Below, in pieces: positions 49,001 to 61,165 of a stretch of 64,000 nt of DNA. The notes below the pieces were generated by a model. It did no database searches. It was not told the origin of the DNA and was given only the letters and a program-made list of their open reading frames with translations. Every line of letters begins with the position of its first letter. Position 1 is the first letter of the stretch. The translations under genes were made by a program, and so were the position numbers. The DNA comes from Klebsormidium nitens (taxonomy: Eukaryota; Plantae; Klebsormidiophyceae): the NCBI GenBank assembly GCA_000708835.1, contig DF237309.1:1-64000 (forward strand), written 5' to 3'.

Positions 49001-49285
49001 ATGAGCAGCAACGACGAGCTGCAAACAGCACCCTTGCAACTGGGTCATTCAAGTATGTGGGAGCCATGCAAGTAGCACCAAGGCAGCTGCGACACACCGT
49101 TGGCTTCAGGCTGAGGAAGGTAGCACAGGTGCCAGACCCAGGCTGGCTCCAGCTGCTGCTGCAGCCTGCACTGGCAGGCTGTGATGAGGAGTGGGCCTGC
49201 TTCAGAATCGCACCGGAGCTGGACTTGCATGAGTTTGCGCAGACTGGGGGAGAACGCTGACGTCACTGGCGAGTTCCGTCGACAT
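40048..49285 (-). CDS. PHD finger protein of the MS1/MMD1/At1g33420 family
   Basis: GPFRSNVR..., CEQCRVIGWGHHPV, THLLHGVLHSNGYGHLMRINGRERGS..LSG.QLMDFWDRLC, WYGRWGYRFGRGSFG, ARTKIGDTGLLNYAL, PPQELLVLPSGAT..ELK, PHD VVDCLCGTKDDDGERMAECDTCATWLHTRC. The start at 49285 is inferred from a putative short first exon; alternative ATG at 48373. Confidence 0.88.
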
Positions 49286-49658
49286 TGCAGATCGAAGTCG
49301 GAGGGGCTGTTCACATGAAAGCAAACCGCCTCGAAGTTTCCGGAACCCTCTCTCAACGCCTGCTTGAACTGATGGTTACTGGAGAAAGCTGGAGGAACTG
49401 GAAATTTGATCCATGTGTAAACATGCTCGACTCAACAGCTTAAATGTACGGCCCAATATAAACCGTTATCGTAACTTTTCAATGGGTAACTTGGCCTATA
49501 AACGGTTACCAATATCGAGCATTGTCTTTCGCATCATCCTAGTTGGTGTTCTTGCTGCATCTCGTGCTGGCAGAGTGTCGAAAAGGTGGGAAGTCTGAGC
49601 CTTTGAAGGTGCTAAAGTTCTGCGTTTGGGCTATCCTGTTTCTTTGAAGGCGGGCGCC

Positions 49659-52600
49659 ATGATGGCGCATGGGTCCGCTAGCGTCGCCGAAACGGCTTCC
49701 GCTTCTCTGAGAAGGCTCCACCTCTCAGCCTGCAGCACCAACCCGCTTCCTTCCCAGTGTCCTGCATTCGCGCGCCAACCGGGGGGTATGGCTGGCCGAT
49801 GGCGGTCGCTGGCTTCTCGAGCCCCGGCATTGCAAGCCATTTTCGTACCCACTCAGCAAGCTTCCTGCAGTGCCTCCTCTACGCCCCTCGTTAAAAACGC
49901 AGACCTTCCAGGTGTTGCGCAGTCTCTGACGTCGTTCTTCGGCGCTCGGTTAGATCAGCCGGACTCGACCTCTGCGAATCAGTTCCGGAGATCCTTCCGG
50001 TCCGCGAGCCAAGTCTCTGCAAATGCTGCAATACTAGTAGAGGAAGCGGCGAGGGGGGAGGAGGAGAATGCGGCCCCTGCGCAGCGGGTGGGGGCGTATC
50101 CATTCAAGGAACTGGAGGCCAAGTGGCAGACAACGTGGGCGGAGCGCAAAACGTTCCGGACGCCAGAGGAAGTGGACACCAGCAAGCCAAAGTTCTATGC
50201 GCTGGACATGTTTCCATACCCCAGGTACTGAATGCAAGCGTTCACACTGGCGATGAGTGGGTGGTGCATTGTGTCTCTCGCTGTGTTGCATTTTGCCCCT
50301 TCTTAGCCAGAAGAGTCTGGCGGTGGTACTGTTGCGTCCACATTCCAGCATGATGGTACTTAAGAGTGCATCCATGATCCCATTTCTTCAAGTAGTAGAA
50401 GATCTGATAGTCAGCGAGATCATCAGCTTCTTTAGTCCCTGTAGGAGAGCGTATGTGAGGCTTCCTAAAAGAACTGGGGCTGAAGCTTTGTGGTGTGGGG
50501 CTACACGGGCGCTCAAGCGCGTTTCTATGCATTTGGCCAGCAGTGTACATTTATGTGGTGAAAATGACACAAATGGATGATTGAGCGTTCCCAGCATACC
50601 TACTTCCATTGACGTCCTGCTGCTGTAAGTCCTCACATCGACGGTCCAGATGGTTTCAAGAAATGCGGCCGCCACCATTCATTTCAGGGGGCCAAACCTA
50701 GAGGGTAGTGTGTATAGGTGGCCCGAAGTCTTTATTTTCCGCCCATCCGTTTTTGAAGACAGCTCTTCAATCGCTGGTTCCGAATCGAGTACCAGATTAC
50801 TTTCAAATACTCACGCTTTTCGGCCCCTTTGCAGTGGCGCTGGGCTGCACGTAGGCCATCCGGAGGGGTACACTGCGACCGACATCGTGTCGCGCTACAA
50901 GCGGATGAAGGGCTTCAACGTGCTGCACCCCATGGGCTGGGATGCGTTTGGGCTGCCGGCAGAGCAGTATGCGCTTGAGGTGATGAGCAACAAACTTGGT
51001 TTCTTATATCTTTGATCCTGTATTCAAGCCCCTTGAGGCTGAGAATCAATAATTGACATCCTGATGATGCATCTGACACAAGCTTTATTGGCCCCTTTCA
51101 ATTACAAGCTCCTGTCCTGGCTCCCCCATATGGTCAGCGGGGCCATTGCGGGTTTCCCTACAAAACGGGTCCGCACCAGCGGATTGCCTAGTACGGCTCC
51201 GAACCTGCAACTGGCGTATGGAGTTATGTTAGGATCTCGGTGTTCCCAGCTGGTCCTTAGCGTCACAAGTGGCATCATTCATCGAAACCTGCTCTGTCAT
51301 ATTTTCTGTGCCTTTCAAAATAGCGCAATCGGCCCGTTTGCACGTTTGCAGACGGGCACGCACCCGAAGGTGACGACGGAGCGCAACGTGGCGCGCTTCC
51401 GCACGCAGCTCCAGTCGCTCGGCTTCTCGTACGACTGGGACCGCGAGTTCTCGACGACGGACGAGAAGTACTACCGGTGGACGCAGTGGATCTTCCTCAA
51501 GCTCTGGGAGAACGGCCTGGCTTACCAGGTAAGCGCCGTTATTATTTCATCTCCGGAAGTCCGTACATACTAGTCGTTTATACGTTCAACATTGATTGTG
51601 GTGGATACCATACTTGATGGACAAAGAGAAGTGTGAGTCACTAGCCTCGTGGTCTGGCCGTTAAAATTGAAGTCCATCTTTCTGAGGCTCGATTGCTCCG
51701 AAGGGGCAGGTCGCTGACACTAGCAGAAGTTGTGTATGGAGATCAGCAAACAAAACTGCCCTCCGTGTGACGTTTTGTACCGGTCAATTTCTTTGGCGCT
51801 CTGCGTGAAAGGGTGCTCGGGCATTGCCCAATTCTTAGAAAGAGTAAGATTTAGCCTTATTGACTGCTTGTGGGCAAACCGGCTGATTTGACACCGGTTT
51901 CCGCTCTGGTCCTGCAGGCTGAGGTGCCGGTCAACTGGTGTCCGGCCCTGGGCACGGTTCTGGCGAACGAGGAGGTCATTGACGGCCTGAGCGAGCGGGG
52001 AGGCCATCCCGTCATCCGAAAGGTGAGCCTTCTCTTCACCGCTCGCTCACAAAAGCCTTCATTCTGCATATTTGTGTGCTCATTTTCCCCTCCTATGTAC
52101 CTATGTGAAAAAGGCATAGGGAAAAATCGTAACCGGAACGTATTTTCCGACCCTTTTTAGATTCGAAAACCGGGGGGGCTGCCCCCGCCCCCGAGCCCCC
52201 CTGCTTTTTCCTTTTAGGCCTTTGTTTCATTGCATACGATTGATTGATAACGTCGTCTACGACGAGAACGAACGGCTATGGCTGTGCTCAGGTCGCTGAT
52301 AAATGTCGCACATGCGTGAAAGCCTCATCGGCATGAGAGTCGAAGTCCGGCCTACGTGAGGTATGACCTGCATGCTTATCTGATTTTGAGTCTCAACATA
52401 TGTGTGTATTGTTGCAAGGACGAGTCACCCGCTGATCATTGTAAGAGTAAAGCTGCAACCGCGCGTGTGCTTCAGTCGAACTTCGAAGTACACCCGGTTC
52501 CGAGCAGTTTATTGGCGCCGTTCCTTCCTCGAGCTGCTTGTCTTTCCTGCCAAACCTCCATTTCCAGAAGCCTTCATGTACTTGATTATCCAGTTAAGCG

Positions 52601-55600
52601 ATTGTTGAAAATGCATCTGCTTTTCAAGCCTACTTTAAAAGCTTCCCGACAAGGCATCATGTAGAATTTAACCCCACTTCTGCTCCCCCGGCAGCCAATG
52701 CGTCAGTGGATGCTGCGCATCACGCGCTACGCGGACCGTCTCCTGGACGACTTGGAAGACCTCAACTGGCCCGAGAGCATCAAGGAAATGCAGCGCAACT
52801 GGATCGGCCGTTCCGAGGGCGCCGAGATCGACTTCCCCATTCTCGCCCCCGACGGTTCCGTCACCGAAAGCTCCCTCCGCGTTTTCACGACCCGTCCCGA
52901 TACGCTGTTCGGCGCGACGTACATGGTCGTTGCGCCGGAGCACCCGCTGGTGGAGCACGTGACGTCAGCAGAGCAGCGGGGGGCGGTGGAAGAGTACGTG
53001 AAGAAGGCGGCGCTGAAAAGCGATTTGGAGCGGACCGAGCTGCAGAAGGAGAAGACGGGGGTGGCGACCGGGGGATATGCGCGGAACCCGGCAACCGGGG
53101 AGAAGGTGCCCATCTGGGTCGCCGACTACGTGCTCGGCAGGTGGGCGGTAGAACCGGCTGGGGAACATATGTTACGGACCCTTGGAACGTTAGGTTTGGA
53201 GAGGCGACTATTGATTTGCGGAGATGGTACGATCTTTGCTGGGTTTAGCATTCAAGACCGTTGCTTTTGGGTATAAGCTTCGACCTTTGTGAATCGAAGA
53301 ACCAACGCACCAGAACTTGATATATCAAACCTTCTTTGCGGGCTTTGCTAGCTCCGGTCCTTGTGAACTGCAGAAATTTCAGATCAAGTGTGTCAGGTTC
53401 GAAAGCGGATTCGTCTTTGTAGCTAAGATTTTCTTCTTTCCTTTGCAGCTACGGTACTGGCGCCATCATGGCCGTTCCCGCGCACGACTCCCGCGACCAC
53501 GAATTCGCCACTGCTTTTGACCTCCCCATTATCCAAGTCGTTTCCGCCCCCAAAGGAATCAAAGTCGACTCCAACGAGGCCTTTTCAGAGCCGGGAAAAG
53601 CCGTCAACTCTAGTAGCGAGGCAACCGGGTTGAAACTCGACGGGTTGAGTACGAAGAAAGCGGCGGCCAGGGTTATAGAGTGGTTAGAGAGCACGAAGCA
53701 GGGGACAAAAAAGGTTAACTACAGGTTACGAGACTGGTTGTTTGCGCGGCAGCGGTACTGGGGGGAGCCGTTCCCGATGGTTTACGTGGACGGTGCAAGC
53801 GATCCTGTGCCGATTCCGGAGAGTGAGCTTCCGTTGGTGCTGCCGGAAACGGACTCGTACAAGCCGAGCGGAACGGGGGAGAGCCCGCTGGCTACGATCA
53901 CGGATTGGGTCAATACAACAGGTGAGGACACTTTTTGGTCGACGTGACGACCCTTTGCAAAGCAGATTGGCAACCTTCTCAAAAGTATGCCCCTCGTTTG
54001 ATATTGCTTCTGACAGTTGCCATTGGCTCTCGCTTGCCTCTCCTTGTCCATTGAAAAAACCCAAAGTACATGTCGTTGCGAGATTTCAGGAACATCAGAG
54101 GCAGGTCAAATTTCTGTATCCTCGCCTAGCTAGTTCGGTCTCTGAACGACTCTCACGCAATCCCCTCTCTCCACGTGTTCAAATCCAAGCGGGCGGGCCG
54201 CGAGACGAGAAACCTACACAATGCCGCAGTTTCAAGATTCAAAAGGACTTATCGCCAATCTCCTCTTTCCACGTGTCCAGATCCGAGCGGGCGGCCCGCG
54301 CGACGAGAAACCAACACGATGCCGCAGTGGGCGGGGTCCTGTTGGTACTTCATCCGGTTCATTGACCCGGGCAACGACCAGGCGCTCGTCGATCCGGATA
54401 AAGAGCGCTACTGGGGCCCGGTAGACCTCTACGTGGGCGGGGCGGAGCACGCCGTGCTGCATTTGCTGTATGCGCGGTTTATTTACAAGGTGTGGGGAAT
54501 GGAACGTTTTCCGTGTTTCTGTCTTTCGCCCACGAGGCCATTCGTGGCCCACTCGTGAAGTAAGCAAGGTCTCTCAAGGAAGCTGAGGTTGATAAAGTGG
54601 GTCTGAGGCAGCCTCATCGTTTGGCTAGGAGTTTGATTTGAACGCTGAGCAGTGGCGGAGCCGTCGAAGGAAAACTGCATAGGAAGGCAATCTCCATTCC
54701 ATGTTCTCCTTTGAAACAGGACAGATACGTTCGCCCCAGTAAGCCTCGCGTGTCGTTGCTCTGCAGTTTTTGTTCGACATTGGCGTTGTTTCTCGAAAGG
54801 AGCCGTTCCAGAGCCTGGTGAACCAGGGCATGATCCTAGGGGAGGTAGGACCATCACACTGCTCTGCCCGCAGAGTTCATCCCTCCGAAGTCGTGCTTGT
54901 AGATCCTTTTGTCGAGCCTTGACTACGTACTTTCTTCTTGAGACTTGTGTTGCTCGCCTCGTCTGGAACTAGGGGCTTGAAAGGTCGGGACCGAGAAACA
55001 TGCACGAATCGGTTAGAAGCTGTCTTGGGCCCCTTCAAACGGACCGCTTCACTGCGAAGAAGCACGAGTCCAAAGGGGTCGGGGTCTCACTCCTTGTGCT
55101 GACGCTTTGCTTCACCTCTTCTCCCCCTGGGTCGAAATATGACTACGAGATTTGGAGAAACCTTGAGACTTTCTAACATTTCCTCCGCCTGCCAGGTTGA
55201 GTACACGACGTTCCGGAACGAGCGGGGTGAGCGGGTGTCTGCAGACGTGGCATCCTCCAGCCGAGAAACATACACCCCGGAGCGGATCCCGGAAAGCGAG
55301 GTACGCAGAGCTTCCGCTTGGGATAGTCAACGACAAAAACATTTTTCAGTTCCTGACGTTCTGGACACATCGCGTAGAACCTCAGAAAGTTCTTCTTGAG
55401 TTCACCTACAATTTTGATCTGCACAGTCAGCCTTGGCGCAGGTCGCCAGTCAAATTTATGCTTTTAATGTGTCTGAAACGAAAAGTTGGCGACGAATGTG
55501 AATCACTGTGAAAGTGTATCCCTCGTTTCAAGTTCTAAGCAAATCGAGGCTGACATCAGTCTACGAAAGCAATGTTATTGTGAGAATGATGACCAAGCTC

Positions 55601-57822
55601 ACAACCGTAGATTCGCTTGCTCCCGCTGCCTTTACTGCTGTGCAATTTTGCTCTCTGCTGGATCAAATCAAAACAAGTATCTATTCTAATGGATTGCGCG
55701 TGTTTGCTAACGCGGGCTAACATGAGTGCGAGCCCAAGGATCCGGACATTCTCAATGTTCGATTCCTTGAAAGGTCAAGAAACTTTCCCCAGGTGACGAA
55801 GTCCGGCAACGAGTACGTGCTGCGCACCGACCCCGGCGTGCGCGTGCAGGCGCGCGCGCACAAGATGTCCAAGTCGCGGGGCAACGTCATCAACCCGGAC
55901 GACGTCGTGTCCGAATACGGCGCGGACAGCCTGCGCCTGTACGAAATGTTCATGGGTCCGCTGAAGGAGACCAAAGTGTGGAGCACTAATGGCGTAGAGG
56001 GAGTGCACCGCTTTCTGGCGCGTGCGTGGCGGCTGGTCGTGGGCCAGAAGGAGGGCGCTGACGTCAGCGTGACGGAGAACGAGCCGAGCGAGGGGCAGCT
56101 GCGCACGCTGCACGCGTGCATACAAAAGGTGCGGCGTCTGATCTGGGCGGGTCGAAGCTACTTGATGCGTGCTTATTGAATCTCAAACTTACACCTACAC
56201 GACTCACCGAGGATGATGTGCTCGGTAAGGTTTCTCTTCTGTGAGCTCAGTAGGCTCAATAAAGTAAGTCGCTTCAGAATGAAACAGCCCACATCCGGAT
56301 TGCTTGTTATCAAAAGTGAGTAAGCCGCTTGTTGCAATTGGTATCTGGGGCGAGCTTCCAACGTGACTTCACTGATTCATCTGACGTTTTGAGAACCTGA
56401 ACGCAAAATCCTGATTGTCAACAATGAAACTGGCCTCAGGTGACGGAGGAGGTGGACAACATGCGCTTCAACACGGGCATCGCCGCCATGATGGAGTTTG
56501 TCAACGCCGCCAACAAGGTACGCAACTGTCACCATACAAGGGAATCACACGCCGGGGCTACAGCTGTTTGCATCAAACTTGCCAACCCAGTTTAGATTTT
56601 GAATCTGGTCCGCAATGTTTGGCCGTCCGATGCCTTTGCATCGTCGATCGGACGCTTGAAGTCAGGAACCATGCTCGGAGCGTTCGGAACGCGAAAACAA
56701 GTACGACACGTATCGCCCCTGCGAACAAGAGCGTTCAAAGTGCGCGAGATAGCTTTCCTCCTTCCAGTCTCTTTGAGTCGTTCAGGGCGGATGGTTGGGT
56801 CTTTTTCAAGAGCCGTAATGAATGCACCGTGCCCTTCTCTTGGATGCGCCAGCCACGAGGCCGTCGAGGCAGATTTCTGCCTAGCAGACTGGTACGGACC
56901 AGGGTTCAGTTTGCACTTGCCTTTTACGCTCCGTTTTCTGCCGTCCACTGGAAGCGGCACCACCACTACAGATACATTTGGCTCCATCCTGCCGAAGTCT
57001 GGCGCAGCGCCTGAGCTCCTCAGTCCTACTGCGATAAGATCTGAGCCCACCGTCAATCTGATAGGGAGCCCTTTCACCCTGCACGGAATTCCTTCATCAA
57101 GTCTCTGATACCTTTTTCTGCACCAGTGGGATGACCGGCCCCGCGCCGCACTGGAGCCGTTCGTGCTGCTGCTGTCGCCGTTTGCGCCGCACGTCGCGGA
57201 GGAGCTGTGGCACCGCCTGGGGCACCCCGACTCGCTCGCGTACCAGCCCTGGCCGCAGGTGACTAAGACCTTTAAATCACCCAAGCTGAAGATGACTCGT
57301 TTCATTTGGGCTATGTGTTCGAGTCGCGTGACCTTGTCAGCTCATCGAACCATTCCGATAATGGGTCAAAACGTAGGGGTGACGTACGTCTTTCCGCCGA
57401 GTGATCGTCAGAGATGCTCCGTCAGCAGACAGATTCCTCCGGACTGGGTCGCTATCGTTTCTTCTATGGTGCAGCGTGTGCCACGAATTTTGCCTTCTTA
57501 TGCATCCGTCCCCTACGAACCCAACCATTTCGAATCCTTCGGCACACCATCTTTTCACAAAGTCGGTGGAAATAAAACGTCCTTTTTGCCATTTGTGCCG
57601 CAGGCCGAGGAGAAATACTTGGTGGCCAACTCGTTCGTGCTGCCGGTCCAAGTGAACGGCAAGACGCGGGTGACGCTCGAGCTGCCGGTGGGCATCGACC
57701 AGGCGGCCGCTATGGCGCGCGCGCTGCAAGAAGAGGCGGTCGCTAAGTACACCGACGGGAAGGAGATCAAGAAGACGATCTACGTGCCCGGCAAGATCCT
57801 CAACCTAGTTGTTGGCAAGTGA
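49659..57822 (+). CDS. leuS: Leucyl-tRNA synthetase, bacterial/organellar type with N-terminal transit peptide
   Basis: Ser/Ala/Arg-rich N-terminus, then [27 protein letters not shown] (HIGH), [75 protein letters not shown] (55861), LPVQVNGK...[14 protein letters not shown]. Confidence 0.97.
54151..54327 (+). repeat. Tandem ~80-nt duplication of a LeuRS splice acceptor plus exon start; upstream copy degenerate
   Basis: ...CCACGTGTTCAAATCCAAGCGGGCGGGCCGCGAGACGAGAAACCTACACAATGCCGCAGT versus functional ...CCACGTGTCCAG|ATCCGAGCGGGCGGCCCGCGCGACGAGAAACCAACACGATGCCGCAGT. Confidence 0.85.
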
Positions 57823-58836
57823 CGGGGAGTAAGTTCACGGGGCCTTTTTAAGCCAGCGGCAGGAACGGGAGGGACGTCTAATAGACAATATACGTGCTTG
57901 GGACGACCTCGATTTAGTTGGGCACAAGCGAGGGGGTTCGTGCATAAGAGCGCGAGAGACGACAGGAACTGCCGCGTTGTGGCCAGGCTAATTGCAGCAA
58001 TACAGCATTATAAGGAGCTGCACAAACCCGCTGATAAGATGGAGCTGCACAAACCCAAAGCTGGCCGCCAGCGTCTCAGACATCTGCACTAAGACTTGCG
58101 CCAATCAGCGTGCACAACGTTGTCGTGCCTTTGAGCTCCATGACTCTGTGCGCGGCCCTGATTTGCAAGAGTACTTGTATCGTCCTAGCTGAAGTCAAGG
58201 CTAGTCGCATGCTGATGTCTCGAGGGGTGGACTCCGACTGCTTGCCAGTACTAACGCTTGCAATAATTCAACAATAAGAACTGCGTCATGGGGGCTAGTC
58301 GATGCCCGGTGCCAGCTCAGTCACTGTCGTGCTAGACCGCGGGCCAACGTATGGCCGGGCGCGATCGAGTATGCACGCACGCGGTGCAGTGAGCAGACCC
58401 TTTGCGACCATGCTGTGAGCGTTTACTGAGCTCCCAAGTACGTGACTTAGCCTAGTAGACAAGTCTAAAGAATGAGAGCACTGATGTAAGGACATGAACG
58501 ACTTAAGAACATCTAGAGCATGATTCGATTATGCATGAGCATACTGTGACACGCTTCATACATGTTAGACCGCCCAGAAGGGCGGCGGGGGCTTGCCTCT
58601 CTGGGGTGAGACTGGGCAGAATTTTAAAGGTCCATATTGTGGCGTCTACTTGTGCGTGGCTCTGTCATGCGCGAGCGCGCGCACAGACGCTAGGCTTAGT
58701 CCGTACAACACCTTGCGGTATGCACCGTAGGTAGGTGCACAGTGCGTACCAGGTTGTCTGGCACTCTTCTTTCCGGGCACTTTGGTCCAATCTGAAAATC
58801 CTTCGGGTGCAATAGTGAAGCAGTCCACTATAGAGC

Positions 58837-59709
58837 CGCAAATGGAGCCTGTATTTGCATTTCTGCAGGTTTTACATCTGACATCTGCATATTTCTATAA
58901 ACGCAGCTTAAATACTGCACGTATGTACTTTCTCATTGGAATAATTGCATTGCTGCACAAATACAGGACACATATTGCATATATGCACTTGAAGCACTGC
59001 ATAAGTGCACAACTGCACTTTTGCATGTTTGCACGTTTGCATATTTGCATATTTGCACATCTGCACACCGGTGAATTTGAGTGCCGAGGTTCATCTGCCG
59101 GACACTGTAGGTGCCAGGTACGGTACCCCTTAGGTACCAGAGGTCAGTTATAGAGCAATATGGACCTCAGGTCGTCATGCGGTACCCTTGCCAATTGTTC
59201 CTTTTCTCACCCGGTAACATCCTCTGGAGCCCCCGATCAGTCTCCGTCCAACCGGGCGTTTCGGGATGTTAGGGGGCAAATCATTGATAATCAGTCCCCA
59301 ATGAGCGGATCTCAGGATGCATTTACAACCGTCGGATGATCCGCCGTTAATGGTGGTCCCGTTGAGCGCGAGCGTGAGCGTGTAGGTGCCAGCCTGCGAA
59401 ATGCTGTAGCTGCCTGCTCGTGATGGCGTTGCCGTACTGGTCCGCGGCTTGCACCGTGAACGTCAGATTCGCACCGGCCAGGCCCCCACTGATGCCCGCA
59501 GTCGGCGGCAAACGACTAATACGCTATTAGTTCGCAAAGGGGAAGTTGCAATACCTTATGAGATAGTACCTACCTACATATGCACATATGCAGACCTATA
59601 ATGCACAAAACGCGAATATGCAGACCTCTACACACAAAAGTGTTATAATGTGCTCGTGCGCTGCACAATATTAGAAAATGCAGAAATGCATATTCTGTAT
59701 CCATTTGCG
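58837..59709. mobile_element. Putative non-autonomous TIR DNA transposon (~870 bp), no transposase
   Basis: 31-bp imperfect inverted termini: CGCAAATGGAGCCTGTATTTGCATTTCTGCA (58837-58867) versus reverse complement of 59679-59709, CGCAAATGGATACAGAATATGCATTTCTGCA. Many subterminal TGCATAT/ATATGCA repeats at both ends. No TSD identified. Confidence 0.6.
59340..59515 (-). pseudogene. Decayed filamin/ABP280 Ig-repeat coding fragment inside the TIR element
   Basis: Minus strand reads TAGISGGLAGANLTFTVQAADQYGNAITS, then after a frame change GSYSISQAGTYTLTLALNGTTINGGS. These are the N- and C-terminal motifs of a filamin repeat with the middle missing; GC-rich codon-like patch within AT-rich DNA. Confidence 0.7.
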
Positions 59710-61165
59710 CTGCCATCGTCCACTGCAGATAAGCGTCATTTGAATTTTGATTTTATCGCTCACTGCCCGGGGTACTGCACAGTGTCGCACACTGTCAGCC
59801 TCTCGGCAGCGGTATAAACCAGCTATTTCAACCTCGTAATGCAACGTGGCAGCTTCAGAATTGTCCTGTTCGGAGAAATCGAGGTCAAAGTTGAACAAAC
59901 GTTACATGATTACGGCATTTTGCGGCGGCGGCCTCGCGTCCGCGAACGATTTGTAGCACCAACTCGCCGCAGCCGTGCGGCGCAGTCTGAGCTTGCTGTA
60001 CATTATGGTCTGGAACTTTTGGGGTATTCTCCGTACGTTATCGTATTGAATGCCGGGCAATTAGAAAAGGCAACAGACTGGGCGTGCTTATCTTCCGCAG
60101 AGCCACGTCGTACAGCGTCGCACGAAACGCGGTTTCATGGAATGCAAAAGCTTGCTATTTTACTTCGTAAAAAAGAGGCAAGCCAATATGCGCTTCAATG
60201 CAGTCATGCATCGCCCAGACATTGCCTAAGCATATATGTGCGCGCGTGTCGATCATGCATCATTTGACTGAGATACTTTACAAAAGAGGCTTCATTGCTT
60301 GATGTTGCACTGGCTAGAGTGGTTGAAGGGATTGCAAGTTAAGTCTGATAGGAAGCTGCAGAAGCTAACGTTGTGCACAATCTGTGTATAATCACAAACC
60401 TAGCGACTGCATGCCAGCGTGGCCGACGCGAGCTCGTCAGACTCGGCTCTGTTTCGGTTGCTTTTCGCCGGATCTAGCGGGTGGTGGCAGTCGAGATCGA
60501 CGGCCCTGGTTTGCATGACGCTTATCGTCACGCTGCCCTGCATGCTTCGAGTAGGGCAAACCCGATTGCTGATGCTTGATTCGATGAACATCGCATGTCA
60601 CTGAAAGTGTAAGCGGTTTGCATCGTCTTGCAACGATCGCTTGACGGGAGGGCTACACCACTGACCAGACGCCACATCTGAAACGACCAAGGAATTTTCA
60701 CTTGAATGGACTCGCATCTGAAAGGTGTCGACGCCATGACAGAAATGCTGTTAGTTTGACAGAAGAACTTGCAACAGATCTGGCTTGCCAGTAGGGACCT
60801 TCTCAAAGCGTCGACGTGCCAACCCCTCAAAACATTGGTCATGGGCTCCCTGCAGCGTCCTCGGATGTTGGGCACAAGCGATCCAGAGAGTAGTTTCTGT
60901 TTTCTCATAACGACTTGCTAGACCACAACGCTCGCAATCATTATTATTGAATACTGCTTCAAATCAAAGCACTCTGATTGAGCTAGTGTTTCAGCTTCCT
61001 TTTCAGTCAAATATAGACCTCAAAGCTGGTCATTGTTTCTGTGTGGTCCTGTGGAGAGGTTGAGCAAGGAAGCTACAGGAGCTGACGTTTGTACATAGGC
61101 CGCTGTGATCTTTCGAACAAACTTCTCATCTGCAAAGTGTCACAGAACAGAACGGACGAGAGAGG

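Noticed and set aside
56415-57305. Overlapping 169-237 aa ORFs on both strands across a LeuRS intron
   Set aside because: They overlap LeuRS exons, lack recognisable motifs, and stop-poor introns are common in this window
58826-58830. CACTA pentamer just left of the TIR element
   Set aside because: No matching TAGTG-ended inverted terminus or 3-bp TSD at the right end, so the superfamily is left unassigned
59839-60267. 142-aa ORF beside the TIR element
   Set aside because: No recognisable transposase or other motif; composition unlike host exons
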